From an uncultured Spirochaetota bacterium (GTDB lineage Bacteria; Spirochaetota; Brevinematia; Brevinematales; JAOACQ01), in NCBI GenBank assembly GCA_963783575.1, contig CAWAOD010000010.1:64001-128000 (forward strand): DNA of 64,000 nt, in the 5' to 3' direction. The position numbers and the translations under genes were made by a program. Positions 18,802-29,633 of the stretch are shown here, one piece after another; positions within the stretch are counted from its first letter, which is position 1; each line of letters opens with the position of its first letter. The notes beneath the pieces are model-generated. The model was not told the DNA's origin, made no database searches, and saw nothing but the letters and a program-made list of their open reading frames with translations.

Positions 18802-19707
18802 ATGGAAGTTATTGATGAAATAAAAACTTTAATGTTTAATAAAAATTGGAAAATTAAAATTTTATCTATTTAATATTTAAATAATTTAAAAGATAATTTG
18901 GAAAAAAATTTCAAGGTACTGGAAAATAAAGAGTTTGTTGATTATATCAGTAAATGTTTTAGTTTTAATTCCAAAGAAATAGTAAATTATGCAAAGTCAC
19001 TAATTATTATTGCGATACCGAGCCCAATAATATCTATCACTGTAATTTGGAATAATATTGAGAAAAAAATAATTATTCCACCAGCATATATCAATATGCG
19101 TTCGGCAATTGAAGAAGCGGAGATATTATTATCGAATATATTAAATAAAAATAATCATAGTATAAAAAGAGTTGCAATACCTGAAAAATTATTAGCAGTT
19201 CATAGTGGTTTGGGAAAATATGGTAAAAATAATATATGCTATATTGAAGGGATGGGTAGTTTTTTCAGATTAGTCTCATTTATAAGTAATATTCAAGAGA
19301 TTAATTCTGATTGGGATGATATTAATATTATGGAATCATGCAGCAAATGTAATATCTGCTTAAAAAGATGCCCAACTGGTGCGATTAGAGAAGATAGATA
19401 CTTAATCGATGGCTATAAATGCCTGACATTTTTTAATGAAAGACCAGGGGAATTTCCTAAATGGATAGATAATTCAGCTCATCACTGTCTGGTTGGTTGT
19501 TTATTCTGCCAGGATAAGTGTCCACAAAATAAAAAAGTTATAAATAATATAAATGAATGTGAATTCTTCAGTGAAAGAGAATTAATAGCAATTATGAATA
19601 TAAAAGAATTTGAGAAATTGGATATAAATATAAGGTTCAAATTAATAAAATTGAATATGGATGTATACTATAATGTCTTATCGAGGAATTTAAAAGTATT
19701 ATTATGA
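18802..19707 (+). pseudogene. Cassette 6: epoxyqueuosine reductase (QueG)-like 4Fe-4S protein with an early in-frame stop
   Basis: ATG 18802, TAA at 18871 in frame; GLGKYGKN, CSKCNICLKRCPTGAI, GCLFCQDKCP. Confidence 0.7.
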
Positions 19708-19730
19708 AAATGCCCCGCCCATCGTACAAC

Positions 19731-19842
19731 GGCCTTGTAGAAAAAGTTAATTTCAGGTAATAATCCTCCCTTTCCAAACAGTATGTTTTTTATCGATCTG
19801 TCCGGAATCACTTTTTTATATAAAATCGGGCTTAATTTACCG
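19731..19842 (-). mobile_element. IS1182 remnant (transposase-distal end only), after R'' GTACAAC
   Basis: GGCCTTGTAGAAAAAGT... matches the first ~110 bp of copies 1 and 2. Confidence 0.85.
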
Positions 19843-20047
19843 CATTTTGCCGATAAAAAGGGTGGAATACTGCCTTGTCAGCTTATAAAAGGAGAATTTC
19901 GGAGTGTTTTTATAATTCTTCAATCAAATTTTAGTTTGACATACCTATTGGGACGGGATATAATGAATTTGGATGTAAAAGATGCCCCAAATGCATCAAA
20001 ATGAAAAGCCATTTGGGAAATATCAGATAAAATGAGGAGGAAGAACC

Positions 20048-20362
20048 ATGAAATGGTACCATTATTTAGCTTGTTTCTTTGCAGGTATGTTTCTTGTGAA
20101 TACCGTACCGCATTTTATTCATGGGGTATCAGGCGAGTTATTTCCTACACCATTCGCAAATCCACCAGGGAAGGGGCTTTCATCACCAACAATAAATATT
20201 CTTTGGGCACTTGTAAATCTTGTGGTTGGATATATTCTTTTTAATATTGGCAAGGTTAACAAGCCGGATAAGTGGTGGAGCTGGCCAAGGGTCATATTTT
20301 TTGTTGGGATTATTGTAATGAGTATTATGTCAAGTTTTGCTTTCTCACAAATTAATAGGTAG
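20048..20362 (+). CDS. Small membrane protein
   Basis: GAGGAGG RBS; 3 TM helices; N.VPHF..GVSG..FPTPFA.PPGKGLSSP..N motif. Confidence 0.7.
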   Translation: MKWYHYLACFFAGMFLVNTVPHFIHGVSGELFPTPFANPPGKGLSSPTINILWALVNLVVGYILFNIGKVNKPDKWWSWPRVIFFVGIIVMSIMSSFAFSQINR

Positions 20363-20426
20363 GCTTTTTAACCTATTATATTGTTTCAAAAATTAAAAAG
20401 TTCATATATTAGGTGACAGTAAAGTT

Positions 20427-21188
20427 ATGTTATTTAAAAATAGTATGAGATTTATATTATTAACGCTATTTTTTATCAATGTATTAATTTCGTGCAGTAG
20501 CAAATTTATTAAAATGGATAAGACAGGCATTAGTATCAAAGAGACGGATTTAATTGACAAGCAAGAAGTAGAAAGAATAACAAAAAAGATAAATGATATC
20601 GAAGAAACATTTAATACTATATTTAAAACAAGATTACAATTTACAATTGAATTAGTTAAACAGAATGAAACAGATGCATGCATAAAAATAATAGATGGTA
20701 AGGAAGGAATACTTCTTAATGATAAATATATTAAAAATTATTTAGACACTGAGTTAGCAATAACTCTTTCGCATGAATATTTTCATATTTATCAAAATAA
20801 TAAAATACAACCTGAAAAATGGAATTATACAATTGTTCGAAGATTATATGAAGAAGGTTCGGCTTGTTTTGCTCCATCATTAATTATCAGTGGGATGGAA
20901 GATTGGAAATATATATCACCTTTTAGAAATGATAATAAAGAGTTCATAGCATTTGAAAAATATGAGGGGGAAGCAAAAGAATATATATTAACAAATTTGT
21001 ATAGTAAAGATATTGAGGTGGATAGACATTTATTTTCAGGAAATATGAATTTTTCTAAACCTTGGCCTCCAAGAATTGGATATTATTTTGGTTATAAATT
21101 AATAAAAAAAATGTATCAACAAAATGGAATGAAAGTATTTCAATTAAGTGAGTATGAAATTATTAAAGAGATTAATAATGAGTTATAG
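20427..21188 (+). CDS. Lipoprotein, putative Zn-dependent protease (DUF2268-like)
   Basis: Lipobox LISC; HEYFH; EEGSA; RIGYYFGY. Confidence 0.65.
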   Translation: MLFKNSMRFILLTLFFINVLISCSSKFIKMDKTGISIKETDLIDKQEVERITKKINDIEETFNTIFKTRLQFTIELVKQNETDACIKIIDGKEGILLNDKYIKNYLDTELAITLSHEYFHIYQNNKIQPEKWNYTIVRRLYEEGSACFAPSLIISGMEDWKYISPFRNDNKEFIAFEKYEGEAKEYILTNLYSKDIEVDRHLFSGNMNFSKPWPPRIGYYFGYKLIKKMYQQNGMKVFQLSEYEIIKEINNEL

Positions 21189-21199
21189 AAGGCGCCTTC

Positions 21200-21374
21200 C
21201 GCGCCTCGGCATTGTGCCATATTTGCCTTTGTAACAGTTATTGCAGGTTTTGTTATTTTATAAAAAATGATATAAAATGGAATACTTTAATCTAAATGAA
21301 AGCTGGTTCTGGAATTGCAAAAAAGACAATAATCGCTGGCACGAACGGTACATTGCCAAGCTATACCGTCGCAC
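21200..21374 (+). repeat. Degenerate type B attC-like site (R'' lost, R' GTC)
   Basis: ATTTGCCTTTG...CTGGTTCTGGAATTGCAAAAAAGAC...GCCAAGCTATACCGTC is similar to 9260-9417 and 13530-13689. Confidence 0.7.
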
Positions 21375-21410
21375 GGCATGCTATACAAATAATATAAAAG
21401 GAGAAAAATA

Positions 21411-22022
21411 ATGTTGAAAGAATATATCGCCGTTTCAATATTTAAACCATCATCTATTTATGTTAATTTATTTCATGATAAAAGAAAGGTACTAATATCC
21501 TTCTCAATGCTAATGGTATTAGGGATTCTCTATACTATAACTGTAATATTTGGTTATAAAAATGGTTTTGGTGCGATAGTTAAACCTATCTTATCAATTC
21601 CAAGTAATAAATATTATTTTTATGAAATATTTTTCGGAATTCCTGTTTTTTTTCTAATATCAATAGTTTTTGCCGGAACAAGTAGATTGTTATCAACATT
21701 ATTAGGCGGCGAAGGTTCTTTTGAGAATAATTTTGTTATTTATTGTACTTCAGCATTTATTCCAACTCTTTTAACTCTATGGTTACCAGAAACATTATTG
21801 ATTGTCTTTTTTCCGGATTTACGGGCAACTCCGCTTGACGGTTTTAAAATATTACCTGCTTATATTGATTTTATTCGACAAATATTAGGTGTGTTATGGC
21901 CGATGTTTATTTCAGTAATTGGAATCAGAGTATCGGAAAATGTAACTTACCTAAAGAGCAGTATCATTACTTTTATTTCTTTTATTTTATGTGGAATTAT
22001 TATGATAATATTTATTCGATAA
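21411..22022 (+). CDS. Cassette 7: Yip1-domain membrane protein
   Basis: AAGGAG RBS; FKPS motif; LLGGEGSF; about 5 TM helices. Confidence 0.65.
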   Translation: MLKEYIAVSIFKPSSIYVNLFHDKRKVLISFSMLMVLGILYTITVIFGYKNGFGAIVKPILSIPSNKYYFYEIFFGIPVFFLISIVFAGTSRLLSTLLGGEGSFENNFVIYCTSAFIPTLLTLWLPETLLIVFFPDLRATPLDGFKILPAYIDFIRQILGVLWPMFISVIGIRVSENVTYLKSSIITFISFILCGIIMIIFIR

Positions 22023-22050
22023 TATTATATATTGCACGCCGCCAACAACC

Positions 22051-22278
22051 ATCCCTCCATAGACCTGATTTTACCAATGGATTCGGCAGGCTCACCAAAA
22101 GTATTATACATAGTATTATAGATCATCCACTGAATATAACTTTTCCCAACTCCAATTGTTTGTAATTGACTTTCTTAAACCTTGCCATAATTGCTTTTAC
22201 CTCTTGATTTTATTTACAATATATTTTAAAGTATACACGATATTCCGTACATGCATGACGGACTTTTTCTACAGTCTC
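22051..22278 (-). mobile_element. Internally deleted IS1182 remnant, followed by AAC and the first 16 bp of another attC
   Basis: Transposase 3' fragment joined to the 5' fragment; ACTTTTTCTACAGTCTC|AAC AGCGGCTATAACGCTC. Confidence 0.8.
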
Positions 22279-22335
22279 AACAGCGGCTATAACGCTCATA
22301 AATATCTTGTATTCTTGCTGTTATGCGGTATTTAA

Positions 22336-23346
<1,011 letters not shown>

Positions 23347-23521
23347 GAGGTTGGGGAAGGATTCGATGGACACGTAAAGTGTCGTTAAAAGAAATGATTA
23401 TTGATTATCTACAATATCTTATGGCGCGTATTAGTGAAATTAATGAACCGATAAATATAAAATAATTTTTAATAATATGTGAATTTGTTAGTATAACAAT
23501 CTTAACTTAATGGAGTTATAA

Positions 23522-24040
23522 ATGATAAATAAGATCTTGATATGCTTATTTATTATTTTCAATTGTTTTACTTATATTTATTCCGATACTAACCAACGGC
23601 CATTCAGTGTTGTAAAAATTGATTTAATATTTCCAGCATCATCTATGTTTTTAATTTTAAAGAACTCAGTAAGTCAAGACAGAACAGATTTTTCTATAAT
23701 AGTTCCAATAGAATACCAATGGGCATTTACCAGATACACTACAATAAATTTTAATATTTGGAATTTTTATTATCATAATTATCAAAGTAACAATATGGAT
23801 TTATATGATCCTACACCTGGAAGCGGTATTAGCTTATTTCCTTTTGGCAAAGCACCAGATGGTTTGTATATTGGAGCTGATTTTTTATGCCCTCATAATC
23901 TTAATATTTATTATAGGTTAAATATTGGTTACCAATTTATTTTTAATAATTTTGTTTTGGATATTGGCGGTAGTTGGTATATATTTAAAGATTTTAATAA
24001 TGCCACAATCTTAAATATATTTACTGGATTTGCTTTTTAA
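23522..24040 (+). CDS. Putative small outer-membrane beta-barrel protein (DUF3575-like)
   Basis: Signal peptide; alternating aromatic strands; C-terminal GFAF. Confidence 0.55.
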   Translation: MINKILICLFIIFNCFTYIYSDTNQRPFSVVKIDLIFPASSMFLILKNSVSQDRTDFSIIVPIEYQWAFTRYTTINFNIWNFYYHNYQSNNMDLYDPTPGSGISLFPFGKAPDGLYIGADFLCPHNLNIYYRLNIGYQFIFNNFVLDIGGSWYIFKDFNNATILNIFTGFAF

Positions 24041-24115
24041 AATTTACAATTACAGTATAATATAATATTTCCCTTAATTCATAAAATTTAATATTATTTA
24101 ACAAGGAGGAAATCT

Positions 24116-25037
24116 ATGGAAAAGAAAACAGTCCTTGTTGTAGGTGGCACAGGCACCCTGGGTTTGAAAATTGTTAAAGCCCTCATTGACCAGGGGGCTA
24201 ATGTAAGGGCTCTGGTCAGGTCCGGCAGTAACCGCGCTAATCTTGAATCTTTGGGTGTCAATGATTTTGTCGCAGGCGACATGATGGATCCGGAATCTCT
24301 GAAGGCCGCATTCGCTTATGGTCCAAAAGCCGATGCAATAGTTGCAAGTGCCGCAGGTTATACCGGGCATACAAAAGGGGATTCTTCCAAAACAGATACA
24401 ATAGGTTACAGAAACCTTGTTGACGCCGCAAAGGAAGCAGGGATTCAAAGGTTTGTTCTCTTATCAATTCTGGAATGTGATATAGCAAAATCTGTCCCGC
24501 ATTTTCACAATAAATATCTCATTGAAGAATATTTAAAGGAGAAAAAACAACCTTACATTGCCCTGCGTGCCGGAGCATTTCTCGACCAGCCGAGGGACTT
24601 TGTGCTGCCGGAGTTAAATAAAGGGTTTTATCCTGCATTTTTTCCCGGAGTATCACTGGGGATGATTTACACTCCGGACCTTGCTCGTTACATGGCTATT
24701 GCCGCATTAAACCTTCCGGATAGCGCCCTATGGAGCTCGGTAGATGTCGGCTGGGAAACTTCAGCCAACGGAATAACACTTGGCCCATGCATTTTCACGA
24801 ATCCTGAATAAACCGATAATAACAAAGCCTGCTTTTCCCCCTTTTTTAACTAATTTTATAATGCCCTTCTTTGGATTATTTGTTCCGGGATTTAGGGATA
24901 TGACAGCCATGATTCGGTGGATTAAAAAAGGTGACTATGTGAGTAAGAATCCCCGGAAACAAAAAGAACTTTTCGGAGATCTTCCCTCTGTTGAAGAAGC
25001 AGTTTTGAGGTACTGCAGGGATCGGGGATTGTTTTAA
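24116..25037 (+). pseudogene. NmrA-like NAD(P)H-binding protein, frameshifted near 24780
   Basis: VLVVGGTGTLG; ORFs 24116..24811 and 24780..25037 join with a 1-bp shift. Confidence 0.8.
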
Positions 25038-25163
25038 GCAAATTAATTCATTTTAAATTACGTAGTCAATGTGCCGGACAGCTATACGGTTACTTGAATG
25101 AGAGGCCCATGAAATTCACATTTTTAAGCTGAATAGAATAGATTATTAAAGTGAGGTAATACT

Positions 25164-25613
25164 ATGACAAAAGAAATATTCCTTCTTTTAAATCTGGTAC
25201 TTGCATTTTATAATATCGGTACTATTTGGGCAATGGAAATTGATATTTTCCGGAATTGGAAAGTCCTTGACCCAAAGAATTTTCATTCAATACAGGATGT
25301 TCATTGGAAAAAACTTCCCTTTTGGATCTTTATTCCTATTGCACTTGCATTAATTGGCTCAATAGTATTATTTTGGTACCATCCTGACAAAATTCCCAAT
25401 TGGGAAATTTTTTTCCCGTTCGGATTTCAATTTATCTCACATATTCTTACTGCAATTTTTTGGGGGCAATGGCAGTATAAACTTTCAAAAGATGATTCTG
25501 GAGGTAAAAGCCAATATCTTATTAAAATATTGAAGACACATTGGATTAGAACGGCACTATGGAATGTTTGCGGTCTGATGCTTCTTTATATGACTATACA
25601 AACTTTATCATAA
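25164..25613 (+). CDS. Membrane protein (DUF1772-like)
   Basis: 4 TM helices; THWIRT motif. Confidence 0.6.
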   Translation: MTKEIFLLLNLVLAFYNIGTIWAMEIDIFRNWKVLDPKNFHSIQDVHWKKLPFWIFIPIALALIGSIVLFWYHPDKIPNWEIFFPFGFQFISHILTAIFWGQWQYKLSKDDSGGKSQYLIKILKTHWIRTALWNVCGLMLLYMTIQTLS

Positions 25614-25755
25614 AACTTTATATAAAATAATGACATTAAACATACCCGGCTTACAATGAATATAGTTTCTAAATATTCAAGAAAATTTTATTATTATTTT
25701 AATAGTTGTTCAGTGTAATCTATAATATAATAATCGACTAAAGGAGGAATTTATC

Positions 25756-26151
25756 ATGAGTATAGCAGAAAATAAAAAAGCGGTATTTCGATGTATTGAA
25801 TTATTCAATAAGTGCACTCTAGAATGGGTTGATACATGCTATTCAAAAGAATTAGTTTGGAATGAACTCCCAACACGAAGTTTTCCGAAGGGCAGAACAG
25901 GTGGATTTGAGTCATTTCGAAATACTGCCGATCAAGTATTGAGAATATTTCCAGATCGAACTTTAATTGTAAATAGATGTGTAGCTGAAGAGGACTATGT
26001 TGTATTTGAACAAGAATGGAAAGGAACGATAGCAATTTTAACTGGAAATTATAAGATCGGTGAGAAAATTAATATGAAAATAGTTTCGTTCTTTAAACTT
26101 AGAAATGGTTTGATTGTTGAACAAACTGATTTTCCTATATCAATAATATAA
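25756..26151 (+). CDS. SnoaL/NTF2-like protein
   Basis: ENKKAV..., FPD...VAEED.VV, FFKLRNGLIVE. Confidence 0.75.
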   Translation: MSIAENKKAVFRCIELFNKCTLEWVDTCYSKELVWNELPTRSFPKGRTGGFESFRNTADQVLRIFPDRTLIVNRCVAEEDYVVFEQEWKGTIAILTGNYKIGEKINMKIVSFFKLRNGLIVEQTDFPISII

Positions 26152-26221
26152 TCAAGTTGTACCGTTTTATATTTACTGTAAAACAAAAAATCGACGCAAT
26201 TCAAGTGCCATTGCTTCCGGG

Positions 26222-27094
26222 TTAAAGGCAGGATTTCACAGCGAAATAAGCCTCTATTCCCTTAACGATTTCCATTGTTATATCCGGTTCAACAAAGTTC
26301 ATAGTTCCGATACTTACAAATTTTGCCCCTGCTATAATAAATTCAATAGCGTCTTCTGCGCTTGAAATCCCTCCTGATGCAATAACAGGTATTTTAACCG
26401 CCTGGGAAATGCGGTATGTATTGTAAAGGGCAACCGGCTTAACTGCGGGACCGGAATATCCCGCGGTTTTATTCTTAAAAACAAATTTTCCGGTTTTTAT
26501 GTTAATTGCCATACCTATAAAAGTGTTTGAAATTGTAACAGCATGGCTACCCATGTCTTCGGCGAGTTTTGCATTTCCTGTAATGTCCTGTGAAGGGCTT
26601 AATTTAACTGAAAACGGCTTTTTACTTACCCTGGAAACACCCTTGATTACTTTACTGATTACATCCTGGTTTGAATCGAAAGTGGCGCCGCATTCATGGA
26701 TATTAGGACAGCTCAAATTAAGTTCAAACATAGAAATGCCCTCAATTTCAGAAAAAGCTTCCGCCATATTTGTAAAATCTTCAGGATAGTCACCTGCTAT
26801 GCTGAAAATTACCCTTGTGTCATATTTTTTCAAATGGTCCGATTTTTTAAGCGAGGTAAATATTTTTTCAAAACCCTCGTTTTCCAATCCAATTGAATTA
26901 AGAAGCCCGGCAGGCGTTTCAAGAATCCTGGGAGGAGGATTTCCCTTTCTGGGAGAACGTGTGACAGTTTTCAGGGTTATCCCCCCAAGTTTTGAATAAT
27001 CGATAAAATCTTCAAACAAATCCCCCATCCCGAAAGTTCCCGATGCTGTAATGACAGGGTTTCTAAAAGAAACACCCCCAATATTTAACTGCAA
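26222..27094 (-). CDS. pyrD: Dihydroorotate dehydrogenase (family 1B catalytic subunit)
   Basis: NPVITASGTFG, GNPPPR, ELNLSCPN, GYSGPAVKP. Confidence 0.95.
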   Translation of the reverse strand: MQLNIGGVSFRNPVITASGTFGMGDLFEDFIDYSKLGGITLKTVTRSPRKGNPPPRILETPAGLLNSIGLENEGFEKIFTSLKKSDHLKKYDTRVIFSIAGDYPEDFTNMAEAFSEIEGISMFELNLSCPNIHECGATFDSNQDVISKVIKGVSRVSKKPFSVKLSPSQDITGNAKLAEDMGSHAVTISNTFIGMAINIKTGKFVFKNKTAGYSGPAVKPVALYNTYRISQAVKIPVIASGGISSAEDAIEFIIAGAKFVSIGTMNFVEPDITMEIVKGIEAYFAVKSCL

Positions 27095-27111
27095 TCCCGG
27101 CTCCTTTTTTC

Positions 27112-27582
27112 CTATCTATCAGTCATCATTGCTGTCATCTCGGCCTCTGCTGCGGCCTCTCCGTCAACCCTTGCGGTTCCGGCAAATTTTGCCACTTTGG
27201 AACTTAGCTTGATGATCTTTATTTCATAATCAAGCCTGTCGCCCGGTAAAACCTGTCTTCTGAACTTGGCTTTATCGATCATCATAAAAAGAATGATTTT
27301 TCCCTTAGTCGCATCATAATCAATGCCGCCTTTCATTTCAAGTACTTTTAGAGCGATAAATCCTGAACATTGCGCCATACCTTCAATGATTAAAACTCCA
27401 GGCATGATCGGTTTTCCGGGAAAATGCCCCTGAAAGAACTCTTCATTCATAGTTATGTTTTTATAACCTTTCCCGCCTTCCTCGGTTACTTCAGTGACCC
27501 TATCGATCAGTAAAAAAGGGTACCTGTGCGGCAGCGCATTCATGATATCGTGAATATCATAAATTTTAGATTCACCAGCCAT
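27112..27582 (-). CDS. fabZ: 3-hydroxyacyl-ACP dehydratase
   Basis: LPHRYPFLLIDRV, FFQGHFPGKPIMPGVLIIEGMAQ. Confidence 0.97.
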   Translation of the reverse strand: MAGESKIYDIHDIMNALPHRYPFLLIDRVTEVTEEGGKGYKNITMNEEFFQGHFPGKPIMPGVLIIEGMAQCSGFIALKVLEMKGGIDYDATKGKIILFMMIDKAKFRRQVLPGDRLDYEIKIIKLSSKVAKFAGTARVDGEAAAEAEMTAMMTDR

Positions 27583-27838
27583 ATTACTTCACCTCCATAG
27601 ATAAAAAAACCAATTAAATATTATATGGATATAAATAAAAAATTGTAAAATTTATAATAACTGATTTCAACAGCCTTCAGGCAGCCTTTGATAAAATTGG
27701 TAATAGGATAAAAGAATTTTCAACCGGCGTCAACTATTTCCTGCTTTAATTTCCAGCAGGAAAGACAATTATTTGAAATAAAACATTTTTATCTATATAA
27801 TTTTAATCAATAATATAAATAATTTATTGGAGGGAATT

Positions 27839-29602
27839 ATGTATCTTTTAAGAGGAATTCCCATATCGCGCGGCATAGCGGTAGGCAGTATTTTAATAAG
27901 ATATGACGTAACAAAAATGATAAGGTACTACAGGATAGAAGAAAACCAGAAGGAAAATGAAATTAATAAATATCTCAAGGCGATTAATGATGTAAAAAAT
28001 GAAATAGAGATACTCAAGAATAATTCACATAATCCCCTTAGCGCCGAACATGAAAAAATCGTGAACTATCTTAACATGCTTTTAAATGAGGATTTTTTTG
28101 TAAAAAACGTAATTAACCGTATTAACAGCGATTTTTATCCGGCTGATGTCGCACTGGTTTATGAACTGGATATCATAAAAAAGCAGTTCGATAAACTGGA
28201 AGGCGATTATTTTCAAAGCCGATTTCTTGATTTTAAAGCAATTGCCGACAGGATCATAAGAAAAATTTACGGCGACATCGACCTTTCATCGGTAAATGAA
28301 CCGGTTGTTATCGTATCTGAGGAAGTTTCTCCCGCCGAAGTTCTTCATATCCCGAAAGACTTTGTTCTCGGTATAGCGACCGAATCGGGGAGCACAACAT
28401 CCCATGCCGCTATCATCGTGGAATCACTGGAAATCCCGGCCGTATTCGGCCTCAAAGACCTGTTCAATTACATCAAAAAAGACGACAAGGTAATTGTAGA
28501 CGGGTATAAAGGAATTGTCATAGTAAACCCCGATGAAAGTACGGTTAACGATTATATCCATCTGCAGAAAAACTATAATCTCAGGGAACAGGAGATTTTC
28601 AGTGTTGTCGGACTTCCTTCCAAAACCGAAGACGATGTTGACATAAAAATCTATGCGAATGTTTCCAACTCTATGGAACTCAATATTGCCCGGCGCCATG
28701 GTGCTGAGGGAATCGGATTGCTCAGGACCGAACTGATTTTTATTGCCAATGAGAAATTTTTAAACGAAAATGAACAATTCGAGGTATATAAAGAATATCT
28801 GCTTCTCTTCCAGGATAAGGAAGTTGTAATCAGAACACTGGATATGGGTGGAGATAAATTCATAACGGGAAACAAGACAAGTTCCGATCCCAATCCTTTC
28901 CTGGGATGGCGTTCCATACGGGTGCTTTTGAAGGAAATAGAGAAATTCAAGCAGCAGCTTCGCGCTATAATAAGAGCAAGCGTATTCAATGATAATGTTA
29001 AGATTATGATCCCAATGATATCAAGCATTGATGAAGTAAGAAGGGTCAAAGAGATTTATGAGGAATGCAAGCTGGAAATCAAGAAGGAAGGCAAGCCTTT
29101 TAAATACAACATACCGATAGGAATTATGGTAGAAATACCTTCAGCTGCTATAATGTCAAACCAGCTCGCTAAAGAAGTAAATTTTTTCAGCCTGGGAACA
29201 AATGACCTTGTACAGTATACACTTGCCGTCGACAGGAACAACCAGGCAGTCGCCGAATTTTATCAGCCTCTGAATCCCGCAGTGCTTTCACTTATAAAAT
29301 ATACCGTTCGAAACGCCAGCAGCAACCATATCCCTGTTTCGGTATGCGGTGAAATTGCAAGAAACCCCCTTTATATCAGGCTTCTGCTTGGATTGGGTTT
29401 AAGGAATTTCAGCGTCAATCCGACATATATTCCTCTTGTAAAATCAATCCTTGTAAAATCTAAGACTTCGGATACAAAAGAAATTTGGAAGACCGTTAGG
29501 ACAAAAACCAGCGCTTCGGAAATTGAGGAAATCTTGAAAATCGATTTAAAAAAGAATTTCCCCGATATTTACGAATCTTATTTCTATGAAGATAAATTTT
29601 GA
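27839..29602 (+). CDS. ptsI: Phosphoenolpyruvate-protein phosphotransferase (PTS enzyme I)
   Basis: GSTTSHAAI, GIGLLRTE, IRTLDMGGDK, NPFLGWR, FFSLGTNDL.QY. Confidence 0.95.
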   Translation: MYLLRGIPISRGIAVGSILIRYDVTKMIRYYRIEENQKENEINKYLKAINDVKNEIEILKNNSHNPLSAEHEKIVNYLNMLLNEDFFVKNVINRINSDFYPADVALVYELDIIKKQFDKLEGDYFQSRFLDFKAIADRIIRKIYGDIDLSSVNEPVVIVSEEVSPAEVLHIPKDFVLGIATESGSTTSHAAIIVESLEIPAVFGLKDLFNYIKKDDKVIVDGYKGIVIVNPDESTVNDYIHLQKNYNLREQEIFSVVGLPSKTEDDVDIKIYANVSNSMELNIARRHGAEGIGLLRTELIFIANEKFLNENEQFEVYKEYLLLFQDKEVVIRTLDMGGDKFITGNKTSSDPNPFLGWRSIRVLLKEIEKFKQQLRAIIRASVFNDNVKIMIPMISSIDEVRRVKEIYEECKLEIKKEGKPFKYNIPIGIMVEIPSAAIMSNQLAKEVNFFSLGTNDLVQYTLAVDRNNQAVAEFYQPLNPAVLSLIKYTVRNASSNHIPVSVCGEIARNPLYIRLLLGLGLRNFSVNPTYIPLVKSILVKSKTSDTKEIWKTVRTKTSASEIEEILKIDLKKNFPDIYESYFYEDKF

Positions 29603-29633
29603 GTCTTAAGTAATTATATTAAAGGATAGAATT

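Larger units (their letters stand above)
9163..22297 (+). mobile_element. Integron-type gene cassette array without integrase in the window (CALIN-like)
   Basis: Co-oriented AT-rich ORFs, each starting after GTT and ending before AAC, with complementary ends; recurring long palindromic spacers; two TA cassettes; no intI seen. Confidence 0.85.

Noticed and set aside
9163..22297. Integron integrase, cas genes or reverse transcriptase
   Set aside because: No tyrosine recombinase, Cas or RT motifs in any ORF in the window
25075..25093. GACAGCTATACGGTTAC resembles the start of a type C attC
   Set aside because: Too short; no partner arm
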